DNA of 64,000 nucleotides from an uncultured Gammaproteobacteria bacterium (GCA_964619625.1 CAZUFD010000001.1:59316-123315); one strand, 5' to 3'; positions 31,742 through 42,046 are shown, counted from the stretch's first letter. Notes: generated from the letters alone by a model not told the origin. Numbers and translations: made by a program.

Positions 31742-31802
31742 TACATTATGTATAATGTATTATCGAGCGAACGACACTATATGCGGCCTTTAGGCCCATA
31801 TA
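31724..31802 (+). repeat. Dispersed double-hairpin element, copy 5 (overlaps the PrgI stop)
   Basis: GGAAGCGAGCGAGA-ATAATACATTAT-GT-ATAATGTATTAT-CGAGCGAACGAC..TATATGCGGCCTTTAGGCCCATATA. Confidence 0.75.
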
Positions 31803-31832
31803 GCCAGCGAGCATGAATAGTAAATAATACAT

Positions 31833-32510
31833 ATGGAAGAAAAGCCAAAGAAAAAGAAAATTAAAGTCCCCAGCGCTCAAAGCCATCTCCCGTTTGCGGA
31901 GGTGAAGTTTGATACGGTAATCATGAAAGATGGAACATTGCGGGCGGTGCTTATGGTGTCCAGTATAAATTTTGCTTTAAAGAACGAAGATGAGCAAAAC
32001 GCGATTATTTCTTCGTATGTTTCTTTTTTGAATGGCATTGATTTTCCGCTGCAGATTGTGGTGCAATCTCGGCAGCTATACATTAAACCATATTTGGAAA
32101 AGTTGTTAAAAAAAGAACGTGAACAAACCAATGAATTATTGCGCGTACAGATAGCCGATTACAGATCATTCGTATCCGAACTCGTAAGCCTGGGAAATAT
32201 TATGAGCAAACAATTCTTTGTAGTTGTTTCGTACGATCCGCTTTCCAACAGAAAAAAAGGTTTTTGGTCTAGAATTAAAGAGGTAGTTAATCCAGCCGTC
32301 ACTATAAAATTAAAAGATGAACGGTTTCAACTGCGCAAACACGATCTTGATATGAGGGTGCGCCAAATAGAATCGGGATTAACCAGCATGAATTTAGAAG
32401 TGGTCAGACTGGACACGCAATCATTGATAGAATTATTCTATTCCACCTATAATCCTGATATTGCGTTTAGCGAGCATTTGCCCCCCGTAAATGAACTAAG
32501 AGTGGAATAA
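31833..32510 (+). CDS. VirB4/TraC-associated protein (VirB4 N-terminal-like)
   Basis: LMVSSINFALKNEDEQ and FLNGIDFPLQIVVQSR; sits between PrgI and VirB4. Confidence 0.7.
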   Translation: MEEKPKKKKIKVPSAQSHLPFAEVKFDTVIMKDGTLRAVLMVSSINFALKNEDEQNAIISSYVSFLNGIDFPLQIVVQSRQLYIKPYLEKLLKKEREQTNELLRVQIADYRSFVSELVSLGNIMSKQFFVVVSYDPLSNRKKGFWSRIKEVVNPAVTIKLKDERFQLRKHDLDMRVRQIESGLTSMNLEVVRLDTQSLIELFYSTYNPDIAFSEHLPPVNELRVE

Positions 32511-32522
32511 TTTAAGAATTAT

Positions 32523-34394
32523 ATGGCTTTTAAACCAAAATTTGCTACCGGATCATTTTCCAAACAGAAGGGGCCTTTGACTAGCAAGGAAGAAGAGATC
32601 AGTAAAAAATCCGGTGAGGAACTTGTAACCCTGGAAGAAGAAAGGGTATATCGTGAAGGCACGGTTTCCATTAAGGATTTGCTTGCGCCTTCGGCTTTTA
32701 ATGTTGAATCAAATTTTGTAAAGTTAGGCGATATATTTTGCCGGACGATTTTTGTTGTAACGTACCCGAGGTATATTTCCATCGGCTGGAGTTCGCCGGT
32801 ATTAAATTTATCCATCACGATGGATGTGGGAATGTTTTTCTATCCCGTAAAATCCGCCATTATTTTAAAACAGTTAAAAAATAAAGTCGGCGCCTTGGAA
32901 GCGCAGCTTAACGCGGATTCGGAAAAAGGCGCGCCGCGCGACCCGGTGCGTGAAACGGCTTTGCGTGATATTGAACAGTTGCGTGATGATCTAACTCAAG
33001 GTATTGAACACTTTTTCCAATTCTCATTTTACGTAACCCTTTACGCCAAAAGCAAAGAAGAGCTTGACCAAACTTCGGAAGACGTGGAAAATATTTTTGG
33101 CTCCAAACTTATTACCAGCCGTAAAGTTTTATATCAGGCTGAGCAGGGTTTTAATTCCACTTTGCCGCTGGCCAATGACGAACTGATGATTTCATTTAAC
33201 TTAAATTCTTCGCCGATTGCCGCGTCTTTTCCATTTACTTCCGCCGAACTTACTTCCGATGATGGTATTTTGTATGGCGTCAATCGCCACAATAACAGTC
33301 TTATTTTGTTTGATAGATTTTCTTTACAGAATGCCAATATGGCCGTGTTTGCGACCTCCGGTGCCGGTAAAAGTTACGCGATTAAATTGGAAATTTTGCG
33401 CAGTATGATGATGGGGGTTGATGTTATCGTAATTGACCCGGAAATGGAATATAAACATTTGGCCGATGCCGTGGGCGGAACCTATATAAACATTTCTCTT
33501 TCTTCCGAAGCCAAAGTAAATCCGTTTGATTTGCCTAGACCAACCGGCGGAGAAGATTTTTCCACCGAAGATATTATTCGCGGCGCCGTTATAACCGTAA
33601 AAGGTTTGCTTCGTATCATGCTTGGCAATCTTACCACGGAGCAGGATTCTATTATAGACAGAGCGCTTATTGAAACATACGCTAAAAAAGATATTACGCC
33701 CGAAGCGGATTTGGCTGTAGTTCAGGCGCCGATAGTGCAAGATTTGCAAGAAATTTTGGAAGGCATGGAAGGCTCCGGAGATTTGGTATTAAGACTTAAA
33801 AAATATACCGAAGGTACGTTTAGCGGGCTCTTCAACGCTCCAACCAATGTGGACATGAAAAATCAACTCGTGGTATTTAGCGTGCGTGATTTAGAAGACG
33901 AGCTTCGTCCGATGGCTATATACGCGATTGTTAACTATATTTGGAATGTTGTACGTTCGGAACGAAAGAAGAGAATTTTGGTAATTGATGAGGCATGGTG
34001 GCTGATGCAGCACGAAGATAGCGCGCGGTTTATTTTTGCCTTGGTTAAGCGCGCCCGCAAATATTATTTAGGAGTTACAACCATTACCCAGGATGTAAAT
34101 GACTTTTTAAAATCACAGTACGGTCAGGCTATAGTTACAAACTCCGCTTTGCAGCTCTTGCTCCGCCAGTCACCGGCGGCCATTGATTTGGTGCAAAAAG
34201 TTTTTATCCTTACCGAAGGCGAAAAATATTTACTCTTAGAGAGTGGAGTAGGGGAAGGGATATTTTTCGCCGGTAATAAGCATGCGGCTATAAAGGTGGT
34301 AGCTTCGTATACCGAAGATCAGCTCGTAACCACCAACCCGGAGCAGCTCTTAGAAATAGAAAGGTCTAAAAAAGAATTTGAAAAACAAATATAA
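32523..34394 (+). CDS. virB4: VirB4-like type IV secretion/conjugation ATPase
   Basis: Walker A ATSGAGKS, VIDPEMEY, Walker B VIDEAW, KRARKY and TQDV motifs. Confidence 0.9.
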   Translation: MAFKPKFATGSFSKQKGPLTSKEEEISKKSGEELVTLEEERVYREGTVSIKDLLAPSAFNVESNFVKLGDIFCRTIFVVTYPRYISIGWSSPVLNLSITMDVGMFFYPVKSAIILKQLKNKVGALEAQLNADSEKGAPRDPVRETALRDIEQLRDDLTQGIEHFFQFSFYVTLYAKSKEELDQTSEDVENIFGSKLITSRKVLYQAEQGFNSTLPLANDELMISFNLNSSPIAASFPFTSAELTSDDGILYGVNRHNNSLILFDRFSLQNANMAVFATSGAGKSYAIKLEILRSMMMGVDVIVIDPEMEYKHLADAVGGTYINISLSSEAKVNPFDLPRPTGGEDFSTEDIIRGAVITVKGLLRIMLGNLTTEQDSIIDRALIETYAKKDITPEADLAVVQAPIVQDLQEILEGMEGSGDLVLRLKKYTEGTFSGLFNAPTNVDMKNQLVVFSVRDLEDELRPMAIYAIVNYIWNVVRSERKKRILVIDEAWWLMQHEDSARFIFALVKRARKYYLGVTTITQDVNDFLKSQYGQAIVTNSALQLLLRQSPAAIDLVQKVFILTEGEKYLLLESGVGEGIFFAGNKHAAIKVVASYTEDQLVTTNPEQLLEIERSKKEFEKQI

Positions 34395-34420
34395 TAGAAA
34401 TTAGAATTTAATAAAAATGT

Positions 34421-35002
34421 ATGTCACTTCGCGCTCGTATTTTCATTATTATCAGTGTTATAATGCTTCTGGTTTTAGCGGTAAGCATATTCTTAATCGT
34501 AAGAAACAAAAATAAAAAAACCGAAAATGCAAATCCGACAACTGCCACCACCAGCACAAGTAATAATACTCAGTCGGGCAGTCAGGTCGTGGTAGATGGC
34601 CAGCTACCAGCCGGACTAACGGCCCGAACGCCAACCTCGCTAGAGGTGGAAAAAAATAGCGTAGAGCAGCTCGCTAAAATTTTTGTAGAGCGATACGGAT
34701 CGTATTCTACGGATAATGAATTTCAAAATATTAAAGAATCAGAATCGTTGGTTACAAAGTCGTTATGGACAAAAATCAGCGCCGGTATGAACATAAAGCC
34801 CGGTAAAGATTTTGTAGGCGTTACCACTAAAGTGATTAGCGCAAGTATTGCCGATTGGACAGCTAGTAAAGCTACAGTACAGTTGCGACTCATGAGAGAA
34901 GAAAATAAAAATGGCGTAGTGTCTACTCGTTATCAAAATGCAACCGTGGAGATGGTTAAACAAGGTAATGTATGGTTGGCAAACGCGCTCGTTTGGAATT
35001 AA
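34421..35002 (+). CDS. Bitopic membrane protein, possibly VirB8/TcpC-like
   Basis: N-terminal TM helix, Ser/Thr linker, FVERYGSYS helix and a beta-rich end (VKQGNVWL). Confidence 0.55.
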   Translation: MSLRARIFIIISVIMLLVLAVSIFLIVRNKNKKTENANPTTATTSTSNNTQSGSQVVVDGQLPAGLTARTPTSLEVEKNSVEQLAKIFVERYGSYSTDNEFQNIKESESLVTKSLWTKISAGMNIKPGKDFVGVTTKVISASIADWTASKATVQLRLMREENKNGVVSTRYQNATVEMVKQGNVWLANALVWN

Positions 35003-35637
35003 TTAAAGGCTGGGTAAAAGACTGTCTCTTTCCCAAATTTTGTGTCGGTTGCAAAGCAGAAGATCTGTGGTTATGCGATGGTTGCGCTGGTAAAATTATC
35101 AAGATAAAAAATACTTCTTCTTCGGAAAGTAAGGCCCTGGCCCATATTGATGGGGTGGCGGCCTTATTTGATTATGGCGAAAATATAGTTTCAGAATTGA
35201 TTAAACTGTTTAAGTATAATTATATAACAGAACTTACGGAAGTATTTAGAAAAATTGTTAATGATATTAATGTAGAGTTTGATAATAAAAATTTTGTGAT
35301 TATGCCCGTACCGCTGCATCCGCGCCGCCAGCGGGAAAGAGGGTTTAATCAGTCTGAAATTTTGGCAGAAATTTTTGCTGAAAAATTACATTTGCAAGTA
35401 AATAAGGATTTGCGCCGCGTTATTTATACGCAGCAGCAAGCGGCACTATCGGCCGAAAAGCGGTTGGTTAATTTAAAAGATGCCTTTGCTTTTGATGCTG
35501 TGGGGCAAGCAGTTCCGGAGAGAGTTTTATTGGTAGATGATGTATTTACGACTGGAGCCACGATGAGCGAGTGTGCCAAGGCGCTGAAAAATAAAGGAGT
35601 AAAGACTGTTTGTTGTTTAGCGCTGGCTAAAGGCTGA
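34972..35637 (+). CDS. comF: ComF family phosphoribosyltransferase-like competence protein
   Basis: CVGC..LCDGC, PVPLH..RERGFNQ and LVDDVFTTGAT motifs. Confidence 0.93.
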   Translation: MVGKRARLELIKGWVKDCLFPKFCVGCKAEDLWLCDGCAGKIIKIKNTSSSESKALAHIDGVAALFDYGENIVSELIKLFKYNYITELTEVFRKIVNDINVEFDNKNFVIMPVPLHPRRQRERGFNQSEILAEIFAEKLHLQVNKDLRRVIYTQQQAALSAEKRLVNLKDAFAFDAVGQAVPERVLLVDDVFTTGATMSECAKALKNKGVKTVCCLALAKG

Positions 35638-35641
35638 GGCT

Positions 35642-35974
35642 TTAAAAAGGCAGTAGGGCGCGAGCGTCAGGATTCATCCTATCTATTGTCCATATTGGAT
35701 CCCATACCAAATCTACCACAACCTTTTTTACTTTGGGTAATTTTTTCATTTCTTCTTTTATTTGTTCAATAAGACTGGCGCCATACGGACACCCCATGCT
35801 GGTAAAAGTCATGGTAACAAGCGCTTGGCCATTTTTTATTTCTACGTTATAGATTAAACCCAATTCTACGATTCCCATACCCATTTCGGGATCAAAAATA
35901 GTATTGAGTATTTTCCAATATTCTTGGGTGCGTTTTTCCGGCGGCACGGGAATTATAGTTTTATTTTTGCTCAT
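35642..35974 (-). CDS. sufT: SufT/PaaD (DUF59) Fe-S assembly factor
   Basis: DPEMGMGIVELGLIY, TSMGCP and WDPIW motifs. Confidence 0.9.
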   Translation of the reverse strand: MSKNKTIIPVPPEKRTQEYWKILNTIFDPEMGMGIVELGLIYNVEIKNGQALVTMTFTSMGCPYGASLIEQIKEEMKKLPKVKKVVVDLVWDPIWTIDRMNPDARALLPF

Positions 35975-36332
35975 ATATTTTTATAGCCTTTTGCAGGGCA
36001 TTTAATCCAAGCAGGGCGCATTTTAACCGAGCCGTGGTAATAGTAATGCCCAGTAGATCAAAAATATGTTTGGCTTTTATTTTTTTTAGAGACGAAATTT
36101 TTTTGCCTTCAGCGGCATCGGACAGAAGCGACATTGATGCTTGGCTAATAGCGCAGCCATTGCCTGCAAAACCAATTTTTTCTACAACATTATTTTTTAT
36201 TTTTAAATCAAGCTTAATCACGTCGCCGCAGAGCGGGTTGTGTTCGGTAGCAGTAACCGTGGCGTCACTAAGCGCGCCTGCGTGATGGGGGTGTTGGTAA
36301 TGATCAAGAATTGTTTCGGTATATATGTCCAC
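35961..36332 (-). CDS. sufU: SufU/NifU-type Fe-S assembly protein
   Basis: ILDHYQHP, NPLCGD, GCAISQAS and RLKCA motifs. Confidence 0.93.
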   Translation of the reverse strand: MDIYTETILDHYQHPHHAGALSDATVTATEHNPLCGDVIKLDLKIKNNVVEKIGFAGNGCAISQASMSLLSDAAEGKKISSLKKIKAKHIFDLLGITITTARLKCALLGLNALQKAIKIYEQK

Positions 36333-36333
36333 G

Positions 36334-37554
36334 TTATTTAATTTTAAAAGTTTTTAATACTTTCTTTAAAGCTTTTTCAGCCGTATCTATATCTTTTTTT
36401 GTATTATATATATAAAAACTCATGCGCGCGGTGCCATATACTCCCAGATAATTCATGAGCGGTTCAGCACAATGCAATCCGGAACGGATAGCTATGCCTT
36501 CGTTGTTAAATATCGTGGCAATGTCGTGCGGATGCACGCCGTCAATCGCAAAAGAGAGAACTCCACCGGCATCCTGAGGCTTGGAAGGAGAAAAAACTTT
36601 TACTTGCGGATAACGGCCCAGCATTTTTTTGGCATAGGCAAGTAGTTCTTGTTCGTGGGCCATAATTTTTTTAAATCCAATGTTGCTGAGATAATCTATA
36701 GCCGCGCCAAAGGCGATAACGCCCGCAATATTTGGCGTGCCGGCTTCAAATTTCCAAGGGCCGCTGCGATAGGTGGCAGATGTTGCTTTGACGGATTCTA
36801 CCATTTCGCCGCCATACATAAACGGCGTCATCTCTTCCATAAGAGATTGTTTTACATATAGTACGCCAACACCTGTCGGCCCAAGCATTTTGTGGGCGGA
36901 AAAAGCAAAAAAATCGCAATTTAAGTTACGGACATCGGTGGGCATATGTCCTACGCTTTGCGCGCCATCTACCATTACTTTGGCACCAACCGCATGCGCC
37001 AGAGCCGTCATTTTTTTAACCGGCACTATAGTCCCTGTTACATTAGATTGGGCAGTTAAGCAAACCAGTTTTGTTTTGGGTGTTAGCAGTTTCTTATACG
37101 CTTCTATATCTAAAGTATAATCGGCAGTTAAAGGAATGATATGTAAAACAGCCTGTTTATTTTTTGCCAGTTCTTGCCACGGCACTAAATTGGCATGGTG
37201 TTCTAAAGCGCTGACAATTATTTCGTCTCCGGCAGAAATATATTTCTGCCCCCAAGCCACAGCCGCGCAATTTATAGATTCAGTAGTATTTTTGGTAAAA
37301 ATTATCTCTTCTTCCGTACGCGCGCCAATAAAATCAGCAACCTTTTTTCTTACAGCTTCGTATTGTTCTGTTGCCTCTTCCGATAGTGCGTGGATACCGC
37401 GATGGATATTAGCGTTAGAAGTACTATAAAATTTTTCCAAAGATTTTAAAACAATTTTTGGTTTTTGGGTGGTGGAAGCATTATCAAGATAGACAAGAGG
37501 TTTGCCGTTGATTGTGCGTTTGAAGATAGGGAAGTCCTTTTTAATTTGCTGCAT
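36334..37554 (-). CDS. sufS: Cysteine desulfurase SufS
   Basis: YLDNASTTQKP, EHHAN, SAHKMLGP and RSGLHCA motifs; start placed at ATG 37554. Confidence 0.96.
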   Translation of the reverse strand: MQQIKKDFPIFKRTINGKPLVYLDNASTTQKPKIVLKSLEKFYSTSNANIHRGIHALSEEATEQYEAVRKKVADFIGARTEEEIIFTKNTTESINCAAVAWGQKYISAGDEIIVSALEHHANLVPWQELAKNKQAVLHIIPLTADYTLDIEAYKKLLTPKTKLVCLTAQSNVTGTIVPVKKMTALAHAVGAKVMVDGAQSVGHMPTDVRNLNCDFFAFSAHKMLGPTGVGVLYVKQSLMEEMTPFMYGGEMVESVKATSATYRSGPWKFEAGTPNIAGVIAFGAAIDYLSNIGFKKIMAHEQELLAYAKKMLGRYPQVKVFSPSKPQDAGGVLSFAIDGVHPHDIATIFNNEGIAIRSGLHCAEPLMNYLGVYGTARMSFYIYNTKKDIDTAEKALKKVLKTFKIK

Positions 37555-37558
37555 ACCT

Positions 37559-38281
37559 TTAACCAAGAAAATTATTAACCGCGGTACGAATAGTATCTTG
37601 AATCGTTGTGTCCGGTATATGTGCCAGTTCCGCTTCAAAAAATCCTTGCACTAAGAGTGATCTGGCGTGTGCTTCGGATAGTCCCCGCGAACAAAGATAA
37701 AATAAAGCTTCTTCGTCTATTTTCCCCACACTGGCGCTATGCCCGGCTTTTACGTCATCTGTTTTTATTTCCAAATTGGGCGAGGTTTTTGCCTTTGCCT
37801 CATCAGATAGTAATAGAGTGTGGTGAGAAAAATATGTATTCGCACCCCGTGCGTTTTTTTCAATCCGGCAATCTCCTTCAATGTGGCAGCTTGCCTGATC
37901 CGTGAGGCCGGCTCGGACCATGATTCTAATTTTAGTATGAGGAGCGCTGTGGCGAGCTTCTATCTTTGCTGAAAATGAATTGTTATTTTTTCCTAAGATG
38001 AAAAAAATACATTCGCATTTTGCTCCGCGTTCTTTGGCGTTAATAATAAAATTGTGCAAATCAGGCCAGCCTTCGGTGGCTAGACAAATCAAGGTTACAT
38101 CCGCATTTTTTTTCAAAGTAATCTGTCCGTGTGGAATTGTATTAAAAAAATACAAAGCCTGCCTGCCGCCGACAGTTAAAGATTTGGGAAATTTTGTCCC
38201 GATTTTGCTTTTGGCAAAATCGAGGATCCTCGATTCCGACTTTGAATCGGAATCGGGATAATTTAACTTTTTATTTTTCAT
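37559..38281 (-). CDS. sufD: SufD (short form)
   Basis: PNLEIKTDDVKAGHSASVG and EEALFYLCSRGL motifs. Confidence 0.88.
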   Translation of the reverse strand: MKNKKLNYPDSDSKSESRILDFAKSKIGTKFPKSLTVGGRQALYFFNTIPHGQITLKKNADVTLICLATEGWPDLHNFIINAKERGAKCECIFFILGKNNNSFSAKIEARHSAPHTKIRIMVRAGLTDQASCHIEGDCRIEKNARGANTYFSHHTLLLSDEAKAKTSPNLEIKTDDVKAGHSASVGKIDEEALFYLCSRGLSEAHARSLLVQGFFEAELAHIPDTTIQDTIRTAVNNFLG

Positions 38282-38287
38282 ATTAGT

Positions 38288-39706
38288 TTAACCAACTGAA
38301 CCGGTCATCTCCAAAGTAAGCAACCTGTTAAGTTCAACTGCGTATTCCATAGGAAGTTGCTTTACAATTGGGCTGGCAAATCCGTTTACAATAAGCGTGG
38401 CCGCTTGTTCCTCCGAAAGTCCGCGGCTCATGAGATAAAATAATTCATCTTCGCCAATACTGGCTACAGTCGCTTCATGGGCAATAGTTACGTCTTTTTC
38501 TTTAATATCCATGGTTGGATAGGTATCCGAACGGGAAGCCGGATCAAGCATGAGCGCATCACAAACCACGCGAGTTTTTACGTTTTTCGCTCCTTTAATT
38601 ACTTTTACCAAACCGCGGTAGGTAGTACGACCGCCATTTTTACTAATAGATTTGGAAATAATCGTAGAACTGGTATCCGGAGCCAAATGAATTGCTTTGC
38701 CGCCCGCGTCTTGGTGTTGGCCCTTACCCGCAAAGGCCAGAGACTGAATTTCTCCTTTAGCGCCTCGTTCACGCAAGATAACACTAGGGTATTTCATGGT
38801 TGCTTTTGAGCCTAAATTACAATCCAACCAAAACATATGGCCATTTTCATAGACAGATGCTCGTTTGGTAACCAGATTATATACGTTGCCGGACCAATTT
38901 TGAACCGTGGTATATTGCACGCGCGCGTTTTTTTTCACTACAATTTCTACAACAGCTGAATGCAGGGAATCGCTGGAGTAGGTTGGGGCAGTGCAGCCTT
39001 CCACATAATGTACCGAGCTGCCTTCATCGGCAATAATGAGCGTGCGTTCAAATTGCCCCATGTTTTTCATGTTGATGCGGAAGTAGGCTTGAAGGGGGAG
39101 TTCCACATGCACGCCCTTAGGCACGTAAATAAAACTTCCACCCGACCACACGGCCGAATTTAAAGCTGAAAATTTATTATCATGCGTAGGCACAACAGTG
39201 CCAAAATGTTTTTTAAATAATTCCGGATGGTTTTTGAGCGCGTCATCGGTTGATTCAAAAATAACTCCCTGTTTGGCTAGGTTTTCAGCCAGGGAATGAT
39301 AAATCATCTCCGATTCAAATTGAGCGCCGCTGCCGGATAAAAATTTTTGTTCAGCTTGCGGTACGCCTAATTTATCAAATGTATTTTTAATTTCAGCCGG
39401 CACATCTTCCCAATTGCGTTTGGTTTGGTCTTGGGGGCGAACGTAGTAGTGAATATTATCAAAGTCAATCTTAGACAAATCCGCGCCCCAACTTGGCATA
39501 TGTTTTTCCAAAAATATTTCGTATGCCTTTAAACGAAAATCCAACATCCATTCGGGTTCGGATTTTTGGCGAGAAATTTCTTTGATTATTTCCGGTGTTA
39601 GTCCTTTTTTGGCGGTAAAAACACTAGCTGTTTTGGTACGAAAACCGGGGGCATATTTATTGCCGGTTTTGTTAATCAGCTTTTTTGTTTTTACGGGAAT
39701 TGGCAT
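38288..39706 (-). CDS. sufB: Fe-S cluster assembly protein SufB
   Basis: [23 protein letters not shown] and LPMEYAVE motifs. Confidence 0.97.
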   Translation of the reverse strand: MPIPVKTKKLINKTGNKYAPGFRTKTASVFTAKKGLTPEIIKEISRQKSEPEWMLDFRLKAYEIFLEKHMPSWGADLSKIDFDNIHYYVRPQDQTKRNWEDVPAEIKNTFDKLGVPQAEQKFLSGSGAQFESEMIYHSLAENLAKQGVIFESTDDALKNHPELFKKHFGTVVPTHDNKFSALNSAVWSGGSFIYVPKGVHVELPLQAYFRINMKNMGQFERTLIIADEGSSVHYVEGCTAPTYSSDSLHSAVVEIVVKKNARVQYTTVQNWSGNVYNLVTKRASVYENGHMFWLDCNLGSKATMKYPSVILRERGAKGEIQSLAFAGKGQHQDAGGKAIHLAPDTSSTIISKSISKNGGRTTYRGLVKVIKGAKNVKTRVVCDALMLDPASRSDTYPTMDIKEKDVTIAHEATVASIGEDELFYLMSRGLSEEQAATLIVNGFASPIVKQLPMEYAVELNRLLTLEMTGSVG

Positions 39707-39715
39707 AGGCAGTTG

Positions 39716-39902
39716 TTGTCATTCCGATCGAAGGAGTTTAGCGACTGAGTGGAGGAATCTCTGTCATCCCCCTCTGCCCGAGAGGGGGTAGGGGGAGTGG
39801 GAGTTGACAACTTTGGCAACTCCCTCTCGCTCCCTCTTGGTAAGAGGGAGATTACCGGACAGAGATCCCTCGTCGGCCAAAAGGCCTCGCTCGGGATGAC
39901 AA
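39716..39902. repeat. Nested GC-rich palindromic element between sufC and sufB
   Basis: Outer TTGTCATTCCGA..TCGGGATGACAA and GAGGAATCTCTGTC..GACAGAGATCCCTC arms enclosing three internal hairpins. Confidence 0.8.
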
Positions 39903-39912
39903 AATAAATTGT

Positions 39913-40671
39913 TTATTTCTTTATAAAAGACTCAAATCCGTCTTTTTCTATCTTTTTCAAAATTTCCGTGCCGCCGCTAGCAACAATTTTACCTTTGGAC
40001 ATAATATGAATTTTATCGGGTTTGATAAAATCTAAAACGCGAGGATTGTGACTGACGATTACAAGACCCATTTTTTGTTTTTTATGAATCGTATTAATTT
40101 GTTTGCTGACAATTTTCAGCGCGTCTATGTCTAGCCCTGAATCAATTTCATCTAGGAAGGCAAAAGCCGGCTGTAGCATTGCCATTTGCAACACCTCGGA
40201 TTTCTTTTTTTCTCCGCCGGAAAATCCGTCATTTATAGAGCGAGACATAAACGCAGGATCAATATTTAGCTTATTCATTTCTTCCCGCATCAGGCCGGCA
40301 AATTGAGCCGGAGCCATAGCCGGTTTTTTATTTTTTTGAGCAGCATGAATCGTATTTTTTGCGAGGCGCAAAAAATTTCCCAAAGCTACTCCGGCTACGA
40401 CTTGCGGATGTTGGAAAGCTAAAAATAATCCGGCCTGGGCGCGTTCGGACGGGGAAAGACCAAGAAGATTTTTTTTATCCAGTTTGGCCGAACCCATAGT
40501 GACGGTATATTTAGGGCTGCCCATCAGGACGGATAGAAGAGTGCTTTTTCCCGACCCATTCTGACCCATAATAATGTGAATTTCACCGGAAGAAACGCTA
40601 AAAGAAACGCCATTTAAGATTTTGGTGTTACCAACCGTGGCATGGAGGTTTTTTATCGTTAGATTAGGCAT
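39913..40671 (-). CDS. sufC: Fe-S assembly ATPase SufC
   Basis: GQNGSGKST, FSGGEKKK and LDEIDSGLDIDAL motifs. Confidence 0.97.
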   Translation of the reverse strand: MPNLTIKNLHATVGNTKILNGVSFSVSSGEIHIIMGQNGSGKSTLLSVLMGSPKYTVTMGSAKLDKKNLLGLSPSERAQAGLFLAFQHPQVVAGVALGNFLRLAKNTIHAAQKNKKPAMAPAQFAGLMREEMNKLNIDPAFMSRSINDGFSGGEKKKSEVLQMAMLQPAFAFLDEIDSGLDIDALKIVSKQINTIHKKQKMGLVIVSHNPRVLDFIKPDKIHIMSKGKIVASGGTEILKKIEKDGFESFIKK

Positions 40672-40793
40672 ATTTGTATAGGTAATGCAGACCTTATAGT
40701 ACCGCTAAAAAGGCTAGGCGTCAATGATAACAAAAACAAAAATCCCATCCGAGTTTTTGGCTACAAATGGGACTTTTTAGGAGTATAAATGGA

Positions 40794-41198
40794 TTATTCG
40801 GTAACTTTCAAAGTACCCCATTGACCGCCAGCTCTGTGGCCGGGTTTGGAGCAGTAATAGACAAATTCTCCGGCTTTGTCGGCGGTAAATTCAACGATCA
40901 CTTCCTGATTAAGCGGTAATTCTTTGGCAACGGTAAATTCATCAATGACAAAGTCGTGCATGCCCAACGTGTTGGTGATTTTAACTTTTACTTTGTCTCC
41001 TTTTTTCACATTCATTTCCGGAAGAGAGAAAATTGGTTTTTTGAGAGCCGGATCATAATATGCGGTCATGGTGAATTCTTTAACCGATTCAACTTTTGCA
41101 TTTTCTTGTGTTGGAGCGGAAACTTTTTTTGCGTTCCACATATATGCAACGCCGCCAACTAGGGCTATAGCCAAAATGAGAACTACTACTTTTTTCAT
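40794..41198 (-). CDS. Cupredoxin domain protein
   Basis: VKKGDKV, MHDF and YYCSKPGH motifs; N-terminal anchor. Confidence 0.88.
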   Translation of the reverse strand: MKKVVVLILAIALVGGVAYMWNAKKVSAPTQENAKVESVKEFTMTAYYDPALKKPIFSLPEMNVKKGDKVKVKITNTLGMHDFVIDEFTVAKELPLNQEVIVEFTADKAGEFVYYCSKPGHRAGGQWGTLKVTE

Positions 41199-41228
41199 AC
41201 TAATAAAAAATTATTTAATTAATATAAA

Positions 41229-41600
41229 TTATAAGCAAGAACGAGCCGCAAAGTAATCGCTTGCGGTTGGTTGGGATCCATTTTTAATTTCATTGGCGCG
41301 CTTGGCGCCTAATTTTGCATAAAAGCATGCTTCCATTGTCGGGGTAATTGTAGAAGGCAGCGATGCCGGGTCAATGCCGATTTTTTCTAGCGCTTTTTCT
41401 TGGGCGGGTGATAGCAGGGGGTTTTTATCGGCAGAGGTACCGGCTGTTTGCGGTGTGGTTGATGCTGATTGACTAGTAAAACTTTTTATGATTGGTTTGA
41501 TGCCGTATGGGTCAGCTACGTATAAGTAAACACCTCCCAAAATAAGCAGGAAGAAGATTACCCCAAGAGTTATAAAAAATATTTGTAGAAATTTTTTCAT
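41229..41600 (-). CDS. Membrane-anchored hypothetical protein
   Basis: N-terminal TM helix; two Cys near the C-terminus. Confidence 0.7.
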   Translation of the reverse strand: MKKFLQIFFITLGVIFFLLILGGVYLYVADPYGIKPIIKSFTSQSASTTPQTAGTSADKNPLLSPAQEKALEKIGIDPASLPSTITPTMEACFYAKLGAKRANEIKNGSQPTASDYFAARSCL

Positions 41601-41660
41601 ATACGGTTATTATGCTAAGTAAATGTATTATATCACTACTCAAAACAATATTCTAGTTTC

Positions 41661-42044
41661 TTATTTTTCATAAATTTCAATCGGTAACCCATCGGAATCT
41701 CTAAAGAACGCAAATTTTTTATTTGTAATCTCATCCACCCGTACTTCTTCGGTTTCAACACCTCTATCATTCAAATCCTTAACCGTCTTTTCAATTGAGT
41801 CTACTTCAAAAGCCAAATGTCGCAATCCGCAAGCTTCAGGGTTGGAAATTCTAGTTGGGGGATTGGGGAATGAAAAAAGTTCAATTTGCGATCCGGCAAT
41901 ACTAATGTCCAGTTTATACGAATTACGTTCGGCTCGGTATGTTTCTTTAATGATGCTGCCGCCCAATATATCCGTATAAAAAGATTTTGATTTTTGGTAA
42001 TCAGAGCAGATAATGGCAACATGATGAACCTTATTAAATTTCAT
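41661..42044 (-). CDS. VOC/glyoxalase family protein (YaeR-like)
   Basis: HHVAIICSDY, GLRHLAFEV and DGLPIEIYE motifs. Confidence 0.93.
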   Translation of the reverse strand: MKFNKVHHVAIICSDYQKSKSFYTDILGGSIIKETYRAERNSYKLDISIAGSQIELFSFPNPPTRISNPEACGLRHLAFEVDSIEKTVKDLNDRGVETEEVRVDEITNKKFAFFRDSDGLPIEIYEK

Positions 42045-42046
42045 AA

